From contig JBMORT010000002.1 in the NCBI GenBank assembly GCA_049319825.1, positions 114,002 to 178,001 of the forward strand: 64,000 nt of DNA. The letters are read 5' to 3'. The translations under genes and the position numbers were made by a program. Within the stretch, counting starts at the first letter, position 1, and each line of letters opens with the position of its first letter. This document shows positions 31,644 through 42,256 of the stretch, piece after piece. The notes below the pieces were generated by a model. It made no database searches. It saw only the letters and a program-made list of their open reading frames with translations, and was not told the DNA's origin. The stretch is from Patescibacteria group bacterium (lineage in GTDB: Bacteria; Patescibacteriota; Patescibacteriia; UBA11705; DATKZF01).

Positions 31644-31815
31644 CTTCCTAAAAAGAGATGTCAGATTGGGCTTTTATTTAAAAACAATTACCGACCTGTC
31701 TGCTCGAAGGGCCAAATATTCAATAGTTCTTTTGTCGCTTGAGGTTTCATGAAATTATGGTTGGTAAATGTAATTTTAGATAAATTTTTTCCAATCTGAG
31801 CAAGTTTTTAGGAAG
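31644..31815 (-). ncRNA. Long irregular hairpin upstream of rny; 6S RNA candidate
   Basis: CUUCCUAAAAA/UUUUUAGGAAG and UCAGAUUGG/CCAAUCUGA stems, 172 nt; TTTACA-N17-TACCAT promoter at 31878-31850. Confidence 0.5.
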
Positions 31816-31971
31816 TTTCATCAATTATTATTACTTTACTGGTAAGGGTATGGTAGCATAGGAGGTTTTGTTTGTAAAGAGCGTGGTTATATTGGTGAAA
31901 TGCGAAATGACAATGAGGGACAACCGTCGAAATAAAAAAACCCGCCTGGCGGCGGGCATTTTAATATTTCA

Positions 31972-33114
31972 TTATTCTTTATTATCTTCGACTGTTTCTT
32001 TGGCTGGCTTCTCTTTTTTTTCGGTTTTGGTTTTCCCTTTCAGGCTCAATCCCAATCGATGTTCTTTCGGTTCTATCGAGATGATCGTGAATTCCAGCTC
32101 ATCGCCGGGATTGGCAATGTCCTTGGGCTCGACCGGTTTATCAGAAAGCTCACTGACATGGGCCAGGCCGTGGATGTTTTTATCCAGCTCGACGAATAGT
32201 CCGAACGGATTGACTTTTCTGACCGTGCCTTTGACTTTGTCTCCGACTTTGAATTTTTTTTCAATGTCTTTCCATGGGTCTTCCTGAAGCTTTTTAATCG
32301 ATAAAAATATTTTTGAGCGGTCGATATTGATTATTTCAGCTTTTATTTCCTGTCCGACTTTGAACAGCTCTTTCGGGTCATCGATTCGCTGCCAGGCCAG
32401 TTCGGAAATATGAACCAGTCCTTCCAGATTTTCTCCGAATTCAACGAATGCTCCGAAATCAGTCACCGCGGTGATTTTACCCTCAACCACGTCACCAACT
32501 TTATATTTTTCCAGCACTTCCTTTTGCGTTTCCTCCCAAGCCGCTTTTTCCGAAACGATCAGCTTTTCTTGCTTGTCGTCCACGGTAATCGCTTTGACAT
32601 CAAAGCTTTGCCCAACGTAGGTTTTCAGCTTTTCCAGAATTTTTGTTTTATCACCGCCTTGAATTCTCGGGTAATGTTCCGGCGTCAATTGCGAGACCGG
32701 TAAAAATCCCGGAATGCGGTTGACTGTCACCAGCAAACCGCCTTTATTGGCGTCGATCACTTTCGCCGAAACAATGGTGCTTTCTTTTTGGTAGGTTTTT
32801 AGGGTGTCCCAGGCTTTCTGATGGCCGGCGTATCGGAAAGACAGTTCCATTTGGCCCTTTTCATTTTCCAGCTCGAGCAAAGTCGCTTCGACAGTGTCGC
32901 CCGGCTTGATTTCCGAAATCTCAAAAAAACCGCCGATAATCTCCCTTCCCCGAACAACGCCCGTGCTCAGACCCGGAACATCAATCAACACTTCTTTTTT
33001 TGAAGCGCTGATAACCGTGCCTTTCACGATATCGCCGGGAGCCGGAATTTTAGCGTAATTTGATTCCTCCTCGATTAATGTTTGAAAATCAGTTTGTTTT
33101 GTCAATGCTGACAT
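31972..33114 (-). CDS. rpsA: 30S ribosomal protein S1 (short, four S1 domains)
   Basis: Repeated S1 motifs (FGAFV...EGLVHISEL; FGLFV...GLAHVSEL). Confidence 0.93.
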   Translation of the reverse strand: MSALTKQTDFQTLIEEESNYAKIPAPGDIVKGTVISASKKEVLIDVPGLSTGVVRGREIIGGFFEISEIKPGDTVEATLLELENEKGQMELSFRYAGHQKAWDTLKTYQKESTIVSAKVIDANKGGLLVTVNRIPGFLPVSQLTPEHYPRIQGGDKTKILEKLKTYVGQSFDVKAITVDDKQEKLIVSEKAAWEETQKEVLEKYKVGDVVEGKITAVTDFGAFVEFGENLEGLVHISELAWQRIDDPKELFKVGQEIKAEIINIDRSKIFLSIKKLQEDPWKDIEKKFKVGDKVKGTVRKVNPFGLFVELDKNIHGLAHVSELSDKPVEPKDIANPGDELEFTIISIEPKEHRLGLSLKGKTKTEKKEKPAKETVEDNKE

Positions 33115-33339
33115 GTGATTTTCTCCTTTCTTTGTAAAGATAGAGATATTCTAGCAAATTTTTAGATAATGTCAAATGCTGGAAATTGGATTGTCGCCAC
33201 TATGCCCGGCGGGCGATAATCCCGTCCGGTTGAACCGTGATGAATGTGTAAAAAAAACATTTACAGCCGTTAAAATTTATGCTAAATTATAGGCAGTCAT
33301 TATGGCGAAAATATTGTTTATTTTTAATATAAAACGTTT

Positions 33340-33996
33340 ATGAATATCTCTTGGCTCGGCCATTCCTGCTTTAAGATAGAAACAAAATATCAAAATCAGA
33401 ATTTGGTGATTATCACCGATCCCTATCATAAGGAAATCGGTCTGCGCGTGCCTAAAATGGCCGCGGACATAGTTACCATTAGCCATGAGCATGATGATCA
33501 CAATAACCGCGAAGCGGTCGAGGGCAATTTGGAAAAAACACCATTTTTAATCGATCAGCCCGGGGAATATGAAATCAAGGGCGTATTCGTCCACGGGCTC
33601 AGCTCCAGCCATGACAATCAAGACGGAGCGCAGCGGGGCGGCAATATTATTTATCGGTTCGATATAGAAGGATTGAGCCTCGTTCATTTGGGCGATCTGG
33701 GCCACCAGCTCAGCGATCAGCAGCTGGATCAGCTGGGCAATGTCGACGTTTTATTTGTTCCTGTCGGCGGCACTTACACGCTCGACGCCAACGGCGCGTC
33801 CAAGCTGGTTCGTGAAATAGAACCGCGGTTGGTGATACCCATGCATTATCGAGACGATAAAGTAAAATTGAAATTGGATAGCGTCAACGCCTTCAGGAAA
33901 GAAATGGGCGGTCAGGCGACAACAGAAAAGAAAATAAAGATTGCCGCCAAAAATTTGCCCGCCGAAGAAACAAAAATAATCATTTTAGAGAAATAA
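33340..33996 (+). CDS. MBL-fold metallo-hydrolase
   Basis: WLGHSCF, SHEHDDH, HLGDLG, VPVGG, IPMHY. Confidence 0.93.
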   Translation: MNISWLGHSCFKIETKYQNQNLVIITDPYHKEIGLRVPKMAADIVTISHEHDDHNNREAVEGNLEKTPFLIDQPGEYEIKGVFVHGLSSSHDNQDGAQRGGNIIYRFDIEGLSLVHLGDLGHQLSDQQLDQLGNVDVLFVPVGGTYTLDANGASKLVREIEPRLVIPMHYRDDKVKLKLDSVNAFRKEMGGQATTEKKIKIAAKNLPAEETKIIILEK

Positions 33997-33997
33997 T

Positions 33998-34555
33998 ATG
34001 AATAGGGGGGAAAAAAACATCCCGATTCACATCCATCGGCAAGCGGGCCAAGCGGCCGGTCGGACTGATTTTTCGGAATATATCGAGAAGGAGGAAACAT
34101 TAAAAAATTCCAGCGTGGCCGATCCTTTGGCGGCGACGAGCCAAATCCAGCCGGACGAGCCGGTGCGGAATTTGAATGCCATTCAGGGATTAATCGATCA
34201 TCAAGAAGATTTTTCCGCCGGACCGGTGGCCAAAGCCGATAAACGAAACGCCCTGCTTTGGCTGTTCGTTTCTATTTTTACCCTGGCCACGGCGCTGATT
34301 TGGTTGGGAGTATGGCGCGCTAATTTTTCCAATGTTTCCGATCAGCTCAAACAACAGGATGATCAAGGAGGTTTCAGCAATATCGCCGAACAATTCCAAG
34401 ACAGTTTCCGGTTTTTGCGAGATAACGTGGATAATTTGAATATACTTAAACAAGAAATTGAAAACGAACAAAAAAAGAATGAGGCGGTTCAGGAATTGAA
34501 AAATAAAATAGAAAGTCAGCCGGAACCCGGCGGCCTACCGAAAAGCATTCCTTAA
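33998..34555 (+). CDS. Hypothetical single-TM protein
   Basis: ORF abutting the MBL gene, one TM helix, coiled coil. Confidence 0.7.
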   Translation: MNRGEKNIPIHIHRQAGQAAGRTDFSEYIEKEETLKNSSVADPLAATSQIQPDEPVRNLNAIQGLIDHQEDFSAGPVAKADKRNALLWLFVSIFTLATALIWLGVWRANFSNVSDQLKQQDDQGGFSNIAEQFQDSFRFLRDNVDNLNILKQEIENEQKKNEAVQELKNKIESQPEPGGLPKSIP

Positions 34556-34600
34556 TATAAAGTTTTTAATTTGCGGTTTCTAGTTTCCAATCTCCAACAT

Positions 34601-37141
34601 ATGTCAAAAAAGAAAACACCAAGAGATAAAATATCATCCGGAAAAAAAATCCAATTGCCGATCGCCTTGCCGGCGGAGCGGATAGTCAATCAACCGCTTG
34701 AGGATGAGATGAAAAAATCGTACCTCGATTACGCGATGTCAGTTATCGTTTCCCGAGCGTTGCCGGATGTCCGTGATGGTTTAAAACCGGTTCATCGTCG
34801 AATACTGTACGCCATGTGGAGCATCGGTTTAAAGCCGGGCGCCAAATTCCGAAAATCCGCGACTGTCGTCGGCGAGGTGCTGGGTAAGTACCATCCTCAT
34901 GGCGACGCGGCCGTTTATGAATCAATGGTGCGGCTGGCTCAGGATTTCTCCATGAGATACACGTTGGTCAAAGGGCAGGGTAATTTCGGGTCCATGGATG
35001 GTGACCGCGCGGCGGCCATGCGTTATACAGAAGCCAAACTGGATACGATTGCCGAAGAGCTGCTTCTGGACATCGATAAAGATACCGTTGATTTCGTGCC
35101 GAATTACGACGGCAGTCAAAAAGAGCCGCTGGTGCTGCCGGCCAAGCTGCCCAACCTGCTTTTAAACGGTATGATGGGCATCGCTGTCGGCATGGCCACG
35201 ACCATCCCGCCGCACAACATTAAAGAACTTTGCGACGGCATCATTTATTTAATCGATAATCCCGACGCGTATATCGAAGACCTGGTGAAATTGATCCCCG
35301 GCCCGGATTTTCCCACCGGCGGCATCATTTACGACATCAATGAAATCAAGCAAGCTTACGCCACGGGCAAAGGCAAAATCGTGATGCGCGCCAAAACGGA
35401 AATCGTGGAGCAAAAGTCGGGAATGTTCCAGATCCTAGTGACTGAAATTCCGTATCAGGTTAATAAAGCGACCTTAATTGAAAAAATAGCGGATTTGGTC
35501 AAAGATAAAAAAATCGAAGGCATCAGGGATTTGCGAGACGAATCGTCAAAGGAAGGCGTGCGTATCGTTGTTGATTTGAAGAAAGACACATACCCGAAAA
35601 AGATTTTAAATAAGTTATTCAAACTGACACCGCTTCAATCGTCATTTAATGTTAACATGCTGGCGTTAGTCGACGGCATTCAGCCGAAAGTGTTAACATT
35701 GAAAGATATTTTGCATGAATTCATCAATCACCGGCAGGTGGTGGTGCGGCGCCGAACCGAATATGATTTACGGAAAGCCGAGGAGCGGGCGCACATTCTC
35801 GAGGGGTTGAAGATCGCCATAGACAATATCGACGCGGTGATTAAGCTGATTAAAAAGTCAAAAGACCGCGAAGAGGCAAAAAATGGTTTGATGAAAAAAT
35901 TTAAGCTAAGCGAGATTCAGGCGATCGCCATATTGGAAATGAGATTGCAAAATTTGGCGAATTTGGAAAGATTAAAGATCGAAGATGAGTTAAAAGATAA
36001 GAAAAAATTGATAAAGGAGCTTAAAGAGATTTTGGCTTCGAAAAAGAGAATATTGGGCATTATTAAAGATGAAACGATCGGCATCAGGGATAAATACGGC
36101 GACGAGCGCCGGACATTAATCGTGCCCGGACCGGTCGGCGAGTTCGTGGCCGAGGATCTGGTGCCGAATGATCCGACAATAGTTTTGGTCACCAAGGACG
36201 GGTACGTTAAGCGGGTGCCGCCGGAAACATTCAAGGCTCAAAAGCGCGGCGGCAAAGGCGTCATCGGCTTAACGACCAAAGAAGAAGACGTGGTTGAGCA
36301 CTTTTTCGCCTGCATGACCCACAATAATTTATTATTTTTCACCACCAGAGGCAGGGTATTCCAGTTGAAAGCGTATGACGTGCCTGTCGGTACCAGAACC
36401 GCCAAGGGCCAATCGATCGTCAATTTCCTGCAGCTGGCGCCTGAAGAAAAGATTTCATCGATCCTGCCGCTGGAAAAGGACATGGAGCCGAACTTTTTCA
36501 TGATGGTGACTAAAAATGGCGTGATGAAGAAAACAGCGGTCGAAGACTTTGCCAATGTTCGCCGATCAGGTCTGATCGCCATAAAATTAAAGGAAGAGGA
36601 CAAGTTAAAATGGGTCAAACCGACTTCCGGCAAAGATCAGATCGAGATCGTCAGCGCCAAGGGGCAGTCGATTCGCTTTGATGAAAAAAACGTGCGGCCC
36701 ATGGGTCGATCCGCAGCCGGAGTTCGAGGCATTAAGCTAAAAGGCGAGGATAAAGTGGTCGGCATGGATGTCATCAATCCGAAAGAAGCGGCCAAAGACG
36801 AGTTGATGATCGTCACCGAGCTTGGTTACGGGAAAAAGACTTCATTGAAATACTACAAAATACAAAATCGCGGTGGATCCGGCATCCGCACAGCCAAGGT
36901 TACCAGAAAAAACGGCCCGGTAATGTACAGCAGGATCATCAGTCCGGATCAAATTGAAGACGGCCGCGACATCATCATTATTTCCAAAAAAGGTCAGGTA
37001 ATCCGGATTCCATTCAAATCCATTCCGACGCTTGGCCGCGACACGCAGGGCGTGCGCATCATGAGGTTTAAGGAGTCGGGCGATACCGTGGCCAGTGTAA
37101 CTTTTGTGGAAATGCCGAGCGAGGAAGAGAAGCAGAAATAA
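34601..37141 (+). CDS. gyrA: DNA gyrase subunit A
   Basis: [13 protein letters not shown], GyrA-box QKRGGKG; ATG at 34601. Confidence 0.98.
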   Translation: MSKKKTPRDKISSGKKIQLPIALPAERIVNQPLEDEMKKSYLDYAMSVIVSRALPDVRDGLKPVHRRILYAMWSIGLKPGAKFRKSATVVGEVLGKYHPHGDAAVYESMVRLAQDFSMRYTLVKGQGNFGSMDGDRAAAMRYTEAKLDTIAEELLLDIDKDTVDFVPNYDGSQKEPLVLPAKLPNLLLNGMMGIAVGMATTIPPHNIKELCDGIIYLIDNPDAYIEDLVKLIPGPDFPTGGIIYDINEIKQAYATGKGKIVMRAKTEIVEQKSGMFQILVTEIPYQVNKATLIEKIADLVKDKKIEGIRDLRDESSKEGVRIVVDLKKDTYPKKILNKLFKLTPLQSSFNVNMLALVDGIQPKVLTLKDILHEFINHRQVVVRRRTEYDLRKAEERAHILEGLKIAIDNIDAVIKLIKKSKDREEAKNGLMKKFKLSEIQAIAILEMRLQNLANLERLKIEDELKDKKKLIKELKEILASKKRILGIIKDETIGIRDKYGDERRTLIVPGPVGEFVAEDLVPNDPTIVLVTKDGYVKRVPPETFKAQKRGGKGVIGLTTKEEDVVEHFFACMTHNNLLFFTTRGRVFQLKAYDVPVGTRTAKGQSIVNFLQLAPEEKISSILPLEKDMEPNFFMMVTKNGVMKKTAVEDFANVRRSGLIAIKLKEEDKLKWVKPTSGKDQIEIVSAKGQSIRFDEKNVRPMGRSAAGVRGIKLKGEDKVVGMDVINPKEAAKDELMIVTELGYGKKTSLKYYKIQNRGGSGIRTAKVTRKNGPVMYSRIISPDQIEDGRDIIIISKKGQVIRIPFKSIPTLGRDTQGVRIMRFKESGDTVASVTFVEMPSEEEKQK

Positions 37142-37152
37142 GCAATTTAATA

Positions 37153-37181
37153 AAAAGCAGCGCATTGAAAGCGCTGCTTTT
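37153..37181 (+). terminator. Intrinsic terminator after gyrA
   Basis: AAAAGCAGCGC-ATTGAAA-GCGCTGCTTTT. Confidence 0.8.
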
Positions 37182-37277
37182 AGTATTGATAAAAGCGCTA
37201 TTTGACAGTTTTTTAGCATTGTGTTATAGTTAACTGTCGTTGTTCCTTGCCAATCACCCCCAAAAAGAGAGGAAATC

Positions 37278-37868
37278 ATGAAGAAATCTGCTGTTTTCGC
37301 GCTTCTGTTTGCTTTCTCAAATTGCGGAGTTTCCGGCACGAAGCGTCCGACATGCGAATTTGATTCACAGAATTGCGATTGCGGCGAGTATGCTGACGTC
37401 TACCAACTTGCGCCTGATGTTCAGACAGTAAGTTGCGGCGAGGGAACTCATTTGGAAAACGATGAATGCGTTCCTGATCCGGTCGAAGGGCTTGACCAGG
37501 ATGGCGACGGGTATCTCTACCCGGAAGACTGCGACGACAAGCGCGTCGATGTCTATCCCGGCGCGCCAGAACTTTGCGATGCTCGGGACAATGACTGCGA
37601 CGGCGAGATGGATGGCGAGGGCGTGTGCTCCTACGAGTGCGCCAGCGACTTTACATTGGATATTGACTATGGTTCAGAAACCGAAGTCAGTATTAGTGCC
37701 GAGTATACGCTAGACTATGGTGATTCTGCCGTTACGAGCGGTTGCCGGAGTGATGCCGGAGATGCTTATCTATCCTATGTCCCAATTTTTGTGGAAGCTG
37801 GAGAGGATTTCTATAAAATTAGTTTTAAGTTGACTTTTTCTGTTTTATATGCTATGATGCTCAGTTGA
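37278..37868 (+). CDS. Cys-rich putative lipoprotein with MopE-like metal-binding motif (possibly truncated)
   Basis: Lipobox-like FSNC; DQDGDGY..DCDD....YPGAPELCDARDNDCDGEMD; own TTGACA-N17-TATAGT promoter. Confidence 0.75.
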   Translation: MKKSAVFALLFAFSNCGVSGTKRPTCEFDSQNCDCGEYADVYQLAPDVQTVSCGEGTHLENDECVPDPVEGLDQDGDGYLYPEDCDDKRVDVYPGAPELCDARDNDCDGEMDGEGVCSYECASDFTLDIDYGSETEVSISAEYTLDYGDSAVTSGCRSDAGDAYLSYVPIFVEAGEDFYKISFKLTFSVLYAMMLS

Positions 37869-37930
37869 TCTTTTTTCCATGGCAGTGAACGAGTCGCTGC
37901 TTCATCAAACCGGCTAAGGAGGTTGTAAAC

Positions 37931-38533
37931 ATGGATACCAAGCAGGCGATCAATTATCTGGCACAATCATTGGTTTGCGGGCCCCAGCAAGCGCTGGAGG
38001 CGCAAGAAAGGAAGGGCCAAGAAGATCTGGTAGCCAGCCAAAGGCTGCCAGCCCGAGTGGAGCCGCCGGAAGCAAAGGAGTTTTTGGAAAAAGCGGGAGT
38101 GAAGTTTCTGGGACCGGCGGCCGATCCGCTGTTTCAGCTGGTGAGTCTGCCCGCTGGGTGGACCAAGGTGCCCACCGGTCACCCGTGGCTGAGCATGCTC
38201 ATCGACGACCGAGCGCGGGAGCGGGCGCGGATTTTCTACAAGGACGCGTACTACGACCGCCAGGCACGCCTGGTGCTGGTGCCGAGATTCGGCGTGCACG
38301 AGTCATGCCACGACATCAGCCAGATGTTATCAGAATCGGAGTTTCTGGCCTACGTCACGGACGGGGGAGCAGTCACGGACTGCGGCAAGACCCTGTACGT
38401 GACAAAGGTCGTCAGCCTCGAGGGAGACAAGCTCCAGCGCTACCGGTCTGCGATGCGGGCGATCGAGGAGGCACGGAGCTGGTTGGAGAAGAATTTCCCG
38501 GACTGGCAGAATTCCTTCGCCTACTGGGACTAA
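37931..38533 (+). CDS. Phage-like hypothetical protein (GC-rich, accessory)
   Basis: TTGACT-N17-TATGAT promoter, AAGGAGGT SD; 'LEAQERKGQEDLV...LPAGW...DDRARERARIFYKDAYYDR'. Confidence 0.75.
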   Translation: MDTKQAINYLAQSLVCGPQQALEAQERKGQEDLVASQRLPARVEPPEAKEFLEKAGVKFLGPAADPLFQLVSLPAGWTKVPTGHPWLSMLIDDRARERARIFYKDAYYDRQARLVLVPRFGVHESCHDISQMLSESEFLAYVTDGGAVTDCGKTLYVTKVVSLEGDKLQRYRSAMRAIEEARSWLEKNFPDWQNSFAYWD

Positions 38534-38591
38534 TTTTCAATAGACCTGAGCAAAGTCTAAAAACTGCTCTCTTTTTATTTTCAAAAAAAGT

Positions 38592-39554
38592 TTATTTTAT
38601 CATCCATCTGCCCCCAACCTTTTCCAGCTTGCCGTCGATGGTAAATCCGGCCGCTTTTTTGTGGCCGCCGCCGCCAAGGCGCTGAGCCAGCTTGGAAACG
38701 TCAACGTCATTTCTGGTCGTGCGCAAGCTGCCTTTGATTTGTCCGTTGTCGGTTTCGCGCAGCACCAACACGAATTTTGGTTGATAAAGATTGGTTAAAA
38801 AATTTGATAAGCCGCCGATGACTTCTTCGGATAAATTTTTTTCGGCCAAATCCCGGCGGGTGATGACAGTGTACGCGATTTCATTTTCGCTTGAATATTC
38901 AAGCCGAGACAATATTTGCCCCCAAAATTTCAGGGTGTCGATATTTTTATTTTTCCAAAGGCTGGCCATGACCACTTTCAGGTCGGCGCCGCCGGACAGC
39001 AGCTCCGAAGCGATGGATAAACTGGCCGCCTTGGTGGCCCCGTTGGAAAAAAAGGTGGTGTCGGCCATGATGCCGGTTAAAAGCAAATTGAGTATTTTTC
39101 TGTTAAGCTTAACTCTTTGGGCCCGAAACAATTCGTAAATGATTTCGCTGGTCGAAGAAGCGTCCGGCATTACCAAATTCAAATCGCCAAAAATATCATT
39201 GGTGTGGTGATGATCAATATTAATGACGAAACAATTTTTAGACCGTTGAGCGATAAAATCATTTATTCCGGTTTGTTTGGCTTCTCCGCAATCCAGCGTG
39301 ACGATCGTGTCATACCAATCAAATCTTTGGGAATCCAATTCATGAATAATCCGCAGATGATTTTTAAATTCGGAGAGATATTGCGGTATTTCATTTTGAC
39401 AGAAACAGATAACATTTTTATTTTGATCTGTCAGGTAATTGAAAAAAGCGGCGGCAGAACCCAAAGTGTCCGCGTCCGGATTGACGTGGCAAACGATGAG
39501 TATTCTTTGCGCCGCGTTCAGTCTTTCAAATATTTTGTCGGTGGTGAAGTTCAT
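38592..39554 (-). CDS. nrnA: DHH/DHHA1 bifunctional oligoribonuclease / PAP phosphatase
   Basis: HVNPDADTLGS, IDHH, GGGGHKKAAG; next to rbfA. Confidence 0.93.
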   Translation of the reverse strand: MNFTTDKIFERLNAAQRILIVCHVNPDADTLGSAAAFFNYLTDQNKNVICFCQNEIPQYLSEFKNHLRIIHELDSQRFDWYDTIVTLDCGEAKQTGINDFIAQRSKNCFVINIDHHHTNDIFGDLNLVMPDASSTSEIIYELFRAQRVKLNRKILNLLLTGIMADTTFFSNGATKAASLSIASELLSGGADLKVVMASLWKNKNIDTLKFWGQILSRLEYSSENEIAYTVITRRDLAEKNLSEEVIGGLSNFLTNLYQPKFVLVLRETDNGQIKGSLRTTRNDVDVSKLAQRLGGGGHKKAAGFTIDGKLEKVGGRWMIK

Positions 39555-39611
39555 GAAATTAGGGAAAATTATATTGAGGCAATGAACCGTCTTATAAACC
39601 TGTCTGCGGCG

Positions 39612-39971
39612 CTACCGATCTAACGATCCGCCTCCCAAATCCTTTAGCTCATCCAGCACCGCCTCGATTTCTCTGGCTCGCCTTTGCGATTGTTCATAAA
39701 CGAATTTGAATTTGGGCATTTTTTTCATGCTTCTCAATTTGCCGGCCAGGTGACGCTTGATTTCCGAGCTGTTTTTGATTAAAAATTTGAGTCCCTCTTC
39801 TTTTTTTTCATCAGGCAAAACCGTATAATAAATCTTAATACTGTCCAAATCTGGCGAAGTGTCCACTTTAGCAACAGTCAACAAAAAGTCAAGCGGCCGG
39901 TCAAGTCGCTGATTGATAATTTCGGCAATAGTTTGAAGAAATAGGCTGTCGAGGCGTTGTTTTCTTTCCAT
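39612..39971 (-). CDS. rbfA: Ribosome-binding factor A
   Basis: 'LTVAKVDTSPDL..IKIY', 'KKMPKFKF'; rbfA-nrnA synteny. Confidence 0.88.
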   Translation of the reverse strand: MERKQRLDSLFLQTIAEIINQRLDRPLDFLLTVAKVDTSPDLDSIKIYYTVLPDEKKEEGLKFLIKNSSEIKRHLAGKLRSMKKMPKFKFVYEQSQRRAREIEAVLDELKDLGGGSLDR

Positions 39972-39980
39972 AAATAGAGG

Positions 39981-40138
39981 AAATTCTAAGCACTAATATC
40001 TAAATTCTAAACAATATCGAAATAACAATGTTCAAAATTCCGAACACTCGCGTTTGGAAAATTCAGATTTTGATATTGAATTTACTTGCCAGCCGTAGCC
40101 TTGGCGAAGACTGGTTTAGGATATAGAGTTTAGAATTT
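39981..40138. repeat. Heptamer-periodic palindrome with a 30-nt micro-element inserted at 40085-40114
   Basis: Left arm nearly identical to 24271; right arm interrupted by CTTGCCAGCCGTAGCCTTGGCGAAGACTGG. Confidence 0.85.
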
Positions 40139-40251
40139 TATAGTAATTAATTTATACTAACATTATTAATGTTTCTTGACAATGGCCGCGGCTGAGCGTA
40201 ATATTTAATGCTCAGGCTTTTTATGCGAACTTCAACAGGAAAAGGAACAGC

Positions 40252-40869
40252 ATGAATATTAGAAACGCGATGAGGTATCTTGAAAAAAGGCTGTCAGCCG
40301 CCAGATTTAATCATTGTGTTAATGTCATGGATATTATGAGCGCGGCGTCCGCCCTTTATCATTTAGATCATGATGAAGCCGTTCAAGCCGGATTGCTACA
40401 TGACATTGCTAGGGAATTTTCAATTGAAGAAATAGTAGAAATTTTGGAAAAGCACGACCCCCTGCCGCTTTCGCAGCTGCCAATAAACTGTCATGTTGTG
40501 GAGCATTTGCATGGGCCTGCCGGCGCGGTTATCGTCTCGCAGAGGTGGGATCGGGACATAAAATCAGATAATGTCTTGATTGCGATCAGGCAGCATTCCG
40601 GCGCTTTTCTCGACATGTCAAAATTATCGCAATGCTTGCACGTGGCCGATGTGCTGGTTCCGATCAAAGATTTTCGAGGAAGGAAAAAATTGGAACGATT
40701 TTTTATGAGTGGTCGCCTGGCTGAAGCTGAAATTTTACTTTTTCATTTTGCGGCAGAATATTTTAGAGAAAAAGAACTTTCCATCCCGCCGGCATATGCC
40801 GTGAACGTCGAATCGCTTGCGAAAACTATCGGGTCAAAGCCGCCGGAGTTTTTTTCGAGAGAAGATTAG
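40252..40869 (+). CDS. HD-domain hydrolase, YqeK-like (Ap4A hydrolase family)
   Basis: RFNHC, AGLLHDIARE, LHGPAGA, AIRQH, VAD motifs; own TTGACA-N17-TAATAT promoter. Confidence 0.8.
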   Translation: MNIRNAMRYLEKRLSAARFNHCVNVMDIMSAASALYHLDHDEAVQAGLLHDIAREFSIEEIVEILEKHDPLPLSQLPINCHVVEHLHGPAGAVIVSQRWDRDIKSDNVLIAIRQHSGAFLDMSKLSQCLHVADVLVPIKDFRGRKKLERFFMSGRLAEAEILLFHFAAEYFREKELSIPPAYAVNVESLAKTIGSKPPEFFSRED

Positions 40870-40948
40870 CCCAGATTCACAGATCAGGGCTTTTTGTTGC
40901 CGCGATTTGAATTTTCAGCCGAACATGATACACTTTTATTGAATTGAT

Positions 40949-42256
40949 ATGAAAACGTTTATAAAAAAATTAGTACCCAGGCCGGTTCTAGCCGCGTATC
41001 ACAAATCTTTGGCTGTTATCGCCAAGGTTTTTTACGGCAATCCGTCGGAAAAAATGATCGTCATCGGCGTGACCGGCACCAATGGCAAATCATCAACTGT
41101 CAAATTGATCGCCAAAGCGCTGGAGGCCGGCGGCGGTAAAGTCGGCGCGACTTCGACCATTGAATTTAAAATTGCCGGCAAAGAATGGCTTAATGATAAG
41201 AAAATGACAATGCTCGGCAGATTTCAGCTGCAAAAATTATTGAAGCAAATGGTTGACGCCGGCTGCCAGTACGCAGTCATTGAAGTTTCCTCGCAAGGAC
41301 TCGACCAGTTCAGGCATATCGGAATCAATTTTGACTATGCGGTCTTTACAAATCTGACTCCCGAACACATTGAAGCGCATGGCGGATTTGAGAATTATAA
41401 AAAAGCCAAAGGAAAACTTTTCGCGTTTTTAACCCAGAAAAAAAGAAAGCAATTCGGAGATAAAAAAAATCCAAAGGTTTTTGTGATCAATAAAGATGAC
41501 GAGCACGCCCCCTATTTTTTAAGCTTTAATGCTGATAAAAAATTGATTTTCAGCACCAAAGATCCGCTCAGCGATGTTTACGCCACGGGCATTTCAGTGA
41601 CAGCCGAAGGAACGACATTTAAAATTCGCGATCAAGAAATCAAACTTAAGCTGATCGGCGCTTTTCATGTTTACAATTGCCTGCCGGCCATCGCCATCGG
41701 CCTGAATGAAGGAATTGAAATGAAGAAAATAAAAGAGGCTTTATCAAACATCGAAGTTATTCCGGGAAGAATGGAGCTGATTGATGAAGGTCAGCCGTTT
41801 ACAGTGATTGTTGATTATGCGACCGATCCTTATGCTCTAAAAACCAGCTATGAATCGATCGATTTGATCGATAAGAAAAAATTAATTCATGTTCTCGGAT
41901 CGTGCGGCGGCGGACGCGATGTGGCGCGCCGGCCCATATTGGGAAAAATGGCCGGCGAAAAAGCGGATTACGTGATCGTCAGCAATGAAGATCCGTATGA
42001 TGATGATCCGATGGAAATTATTAATGATGTCGCGCAGGGCGCCAGCGAAGCTGGAAAAATTTTGGATCAGAATCTTTTTAAAATATTGGATCGCCAGCAA
42101 GCGATTGAAAAGGCGGTTAGCCTTGCGGCAGAAAACGATTTGGTGTTTATAACCGGTAAGGGCGCTGAGCAGGCGATGGTGGTTAAAGACAATAAAAAAA
42201 TTCCCTGGGATGATCGAAATGCGGCCAGGGAAGCGATACATCACGCGGGATTGTAG
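40949..42256 (+). CDS. murE: UDP-MurNAc-tripeptide synthetase
   Basis: GVTGTNGKSST, EVSSQGL, FTNLTPEH, PGRME, VDYA, GKGAE. Confidence 0.92.
   Translation: MKTFIKKLVPRPVLAAYHKSLAVIAKVFYGNPSEKMIVIGVTGTNGKSSTVKLIAKALEAGGGKVGATSTIEFKIAGKEWLNDKKMTMLGRFQLQKLLKQMVDAGCQYAVIEVSSQGLDQFRHIGINFDYAVFTNLTPEHIEAHGGFENYKKAKGKLFAFLTQKKRKQFGDKKNPKVFVINKDDEHAPYFLSFNADKKLIFSTKDPLSDVYATGISVTAEGTTFKIRDQEIKLKLIGAFHVYNCLPAIAIGLNEGIEMKKIKEALSNIEVIPGRMELIDEGQPFTVIVDYATDPYALKTSYESIDLIDKKKLIHVLGSCGGGRDVARRPILGKMAGEKADYVIVSNEDPYDDDPMEIINDVAQGASEAGKILDQNLFKILDRQQAIEKAVSLAAENDLVFITGKGAEQAMVVKDNKKIPWDDRNAAREAIHHAGL

Noticed and set aside
37975-38685. 236-aa alternative-frame ORF
   Set aside because: Shadow of the GC-rich gene 37931..38533; low-complexity Arg/Gly/Ala composition and no SD.
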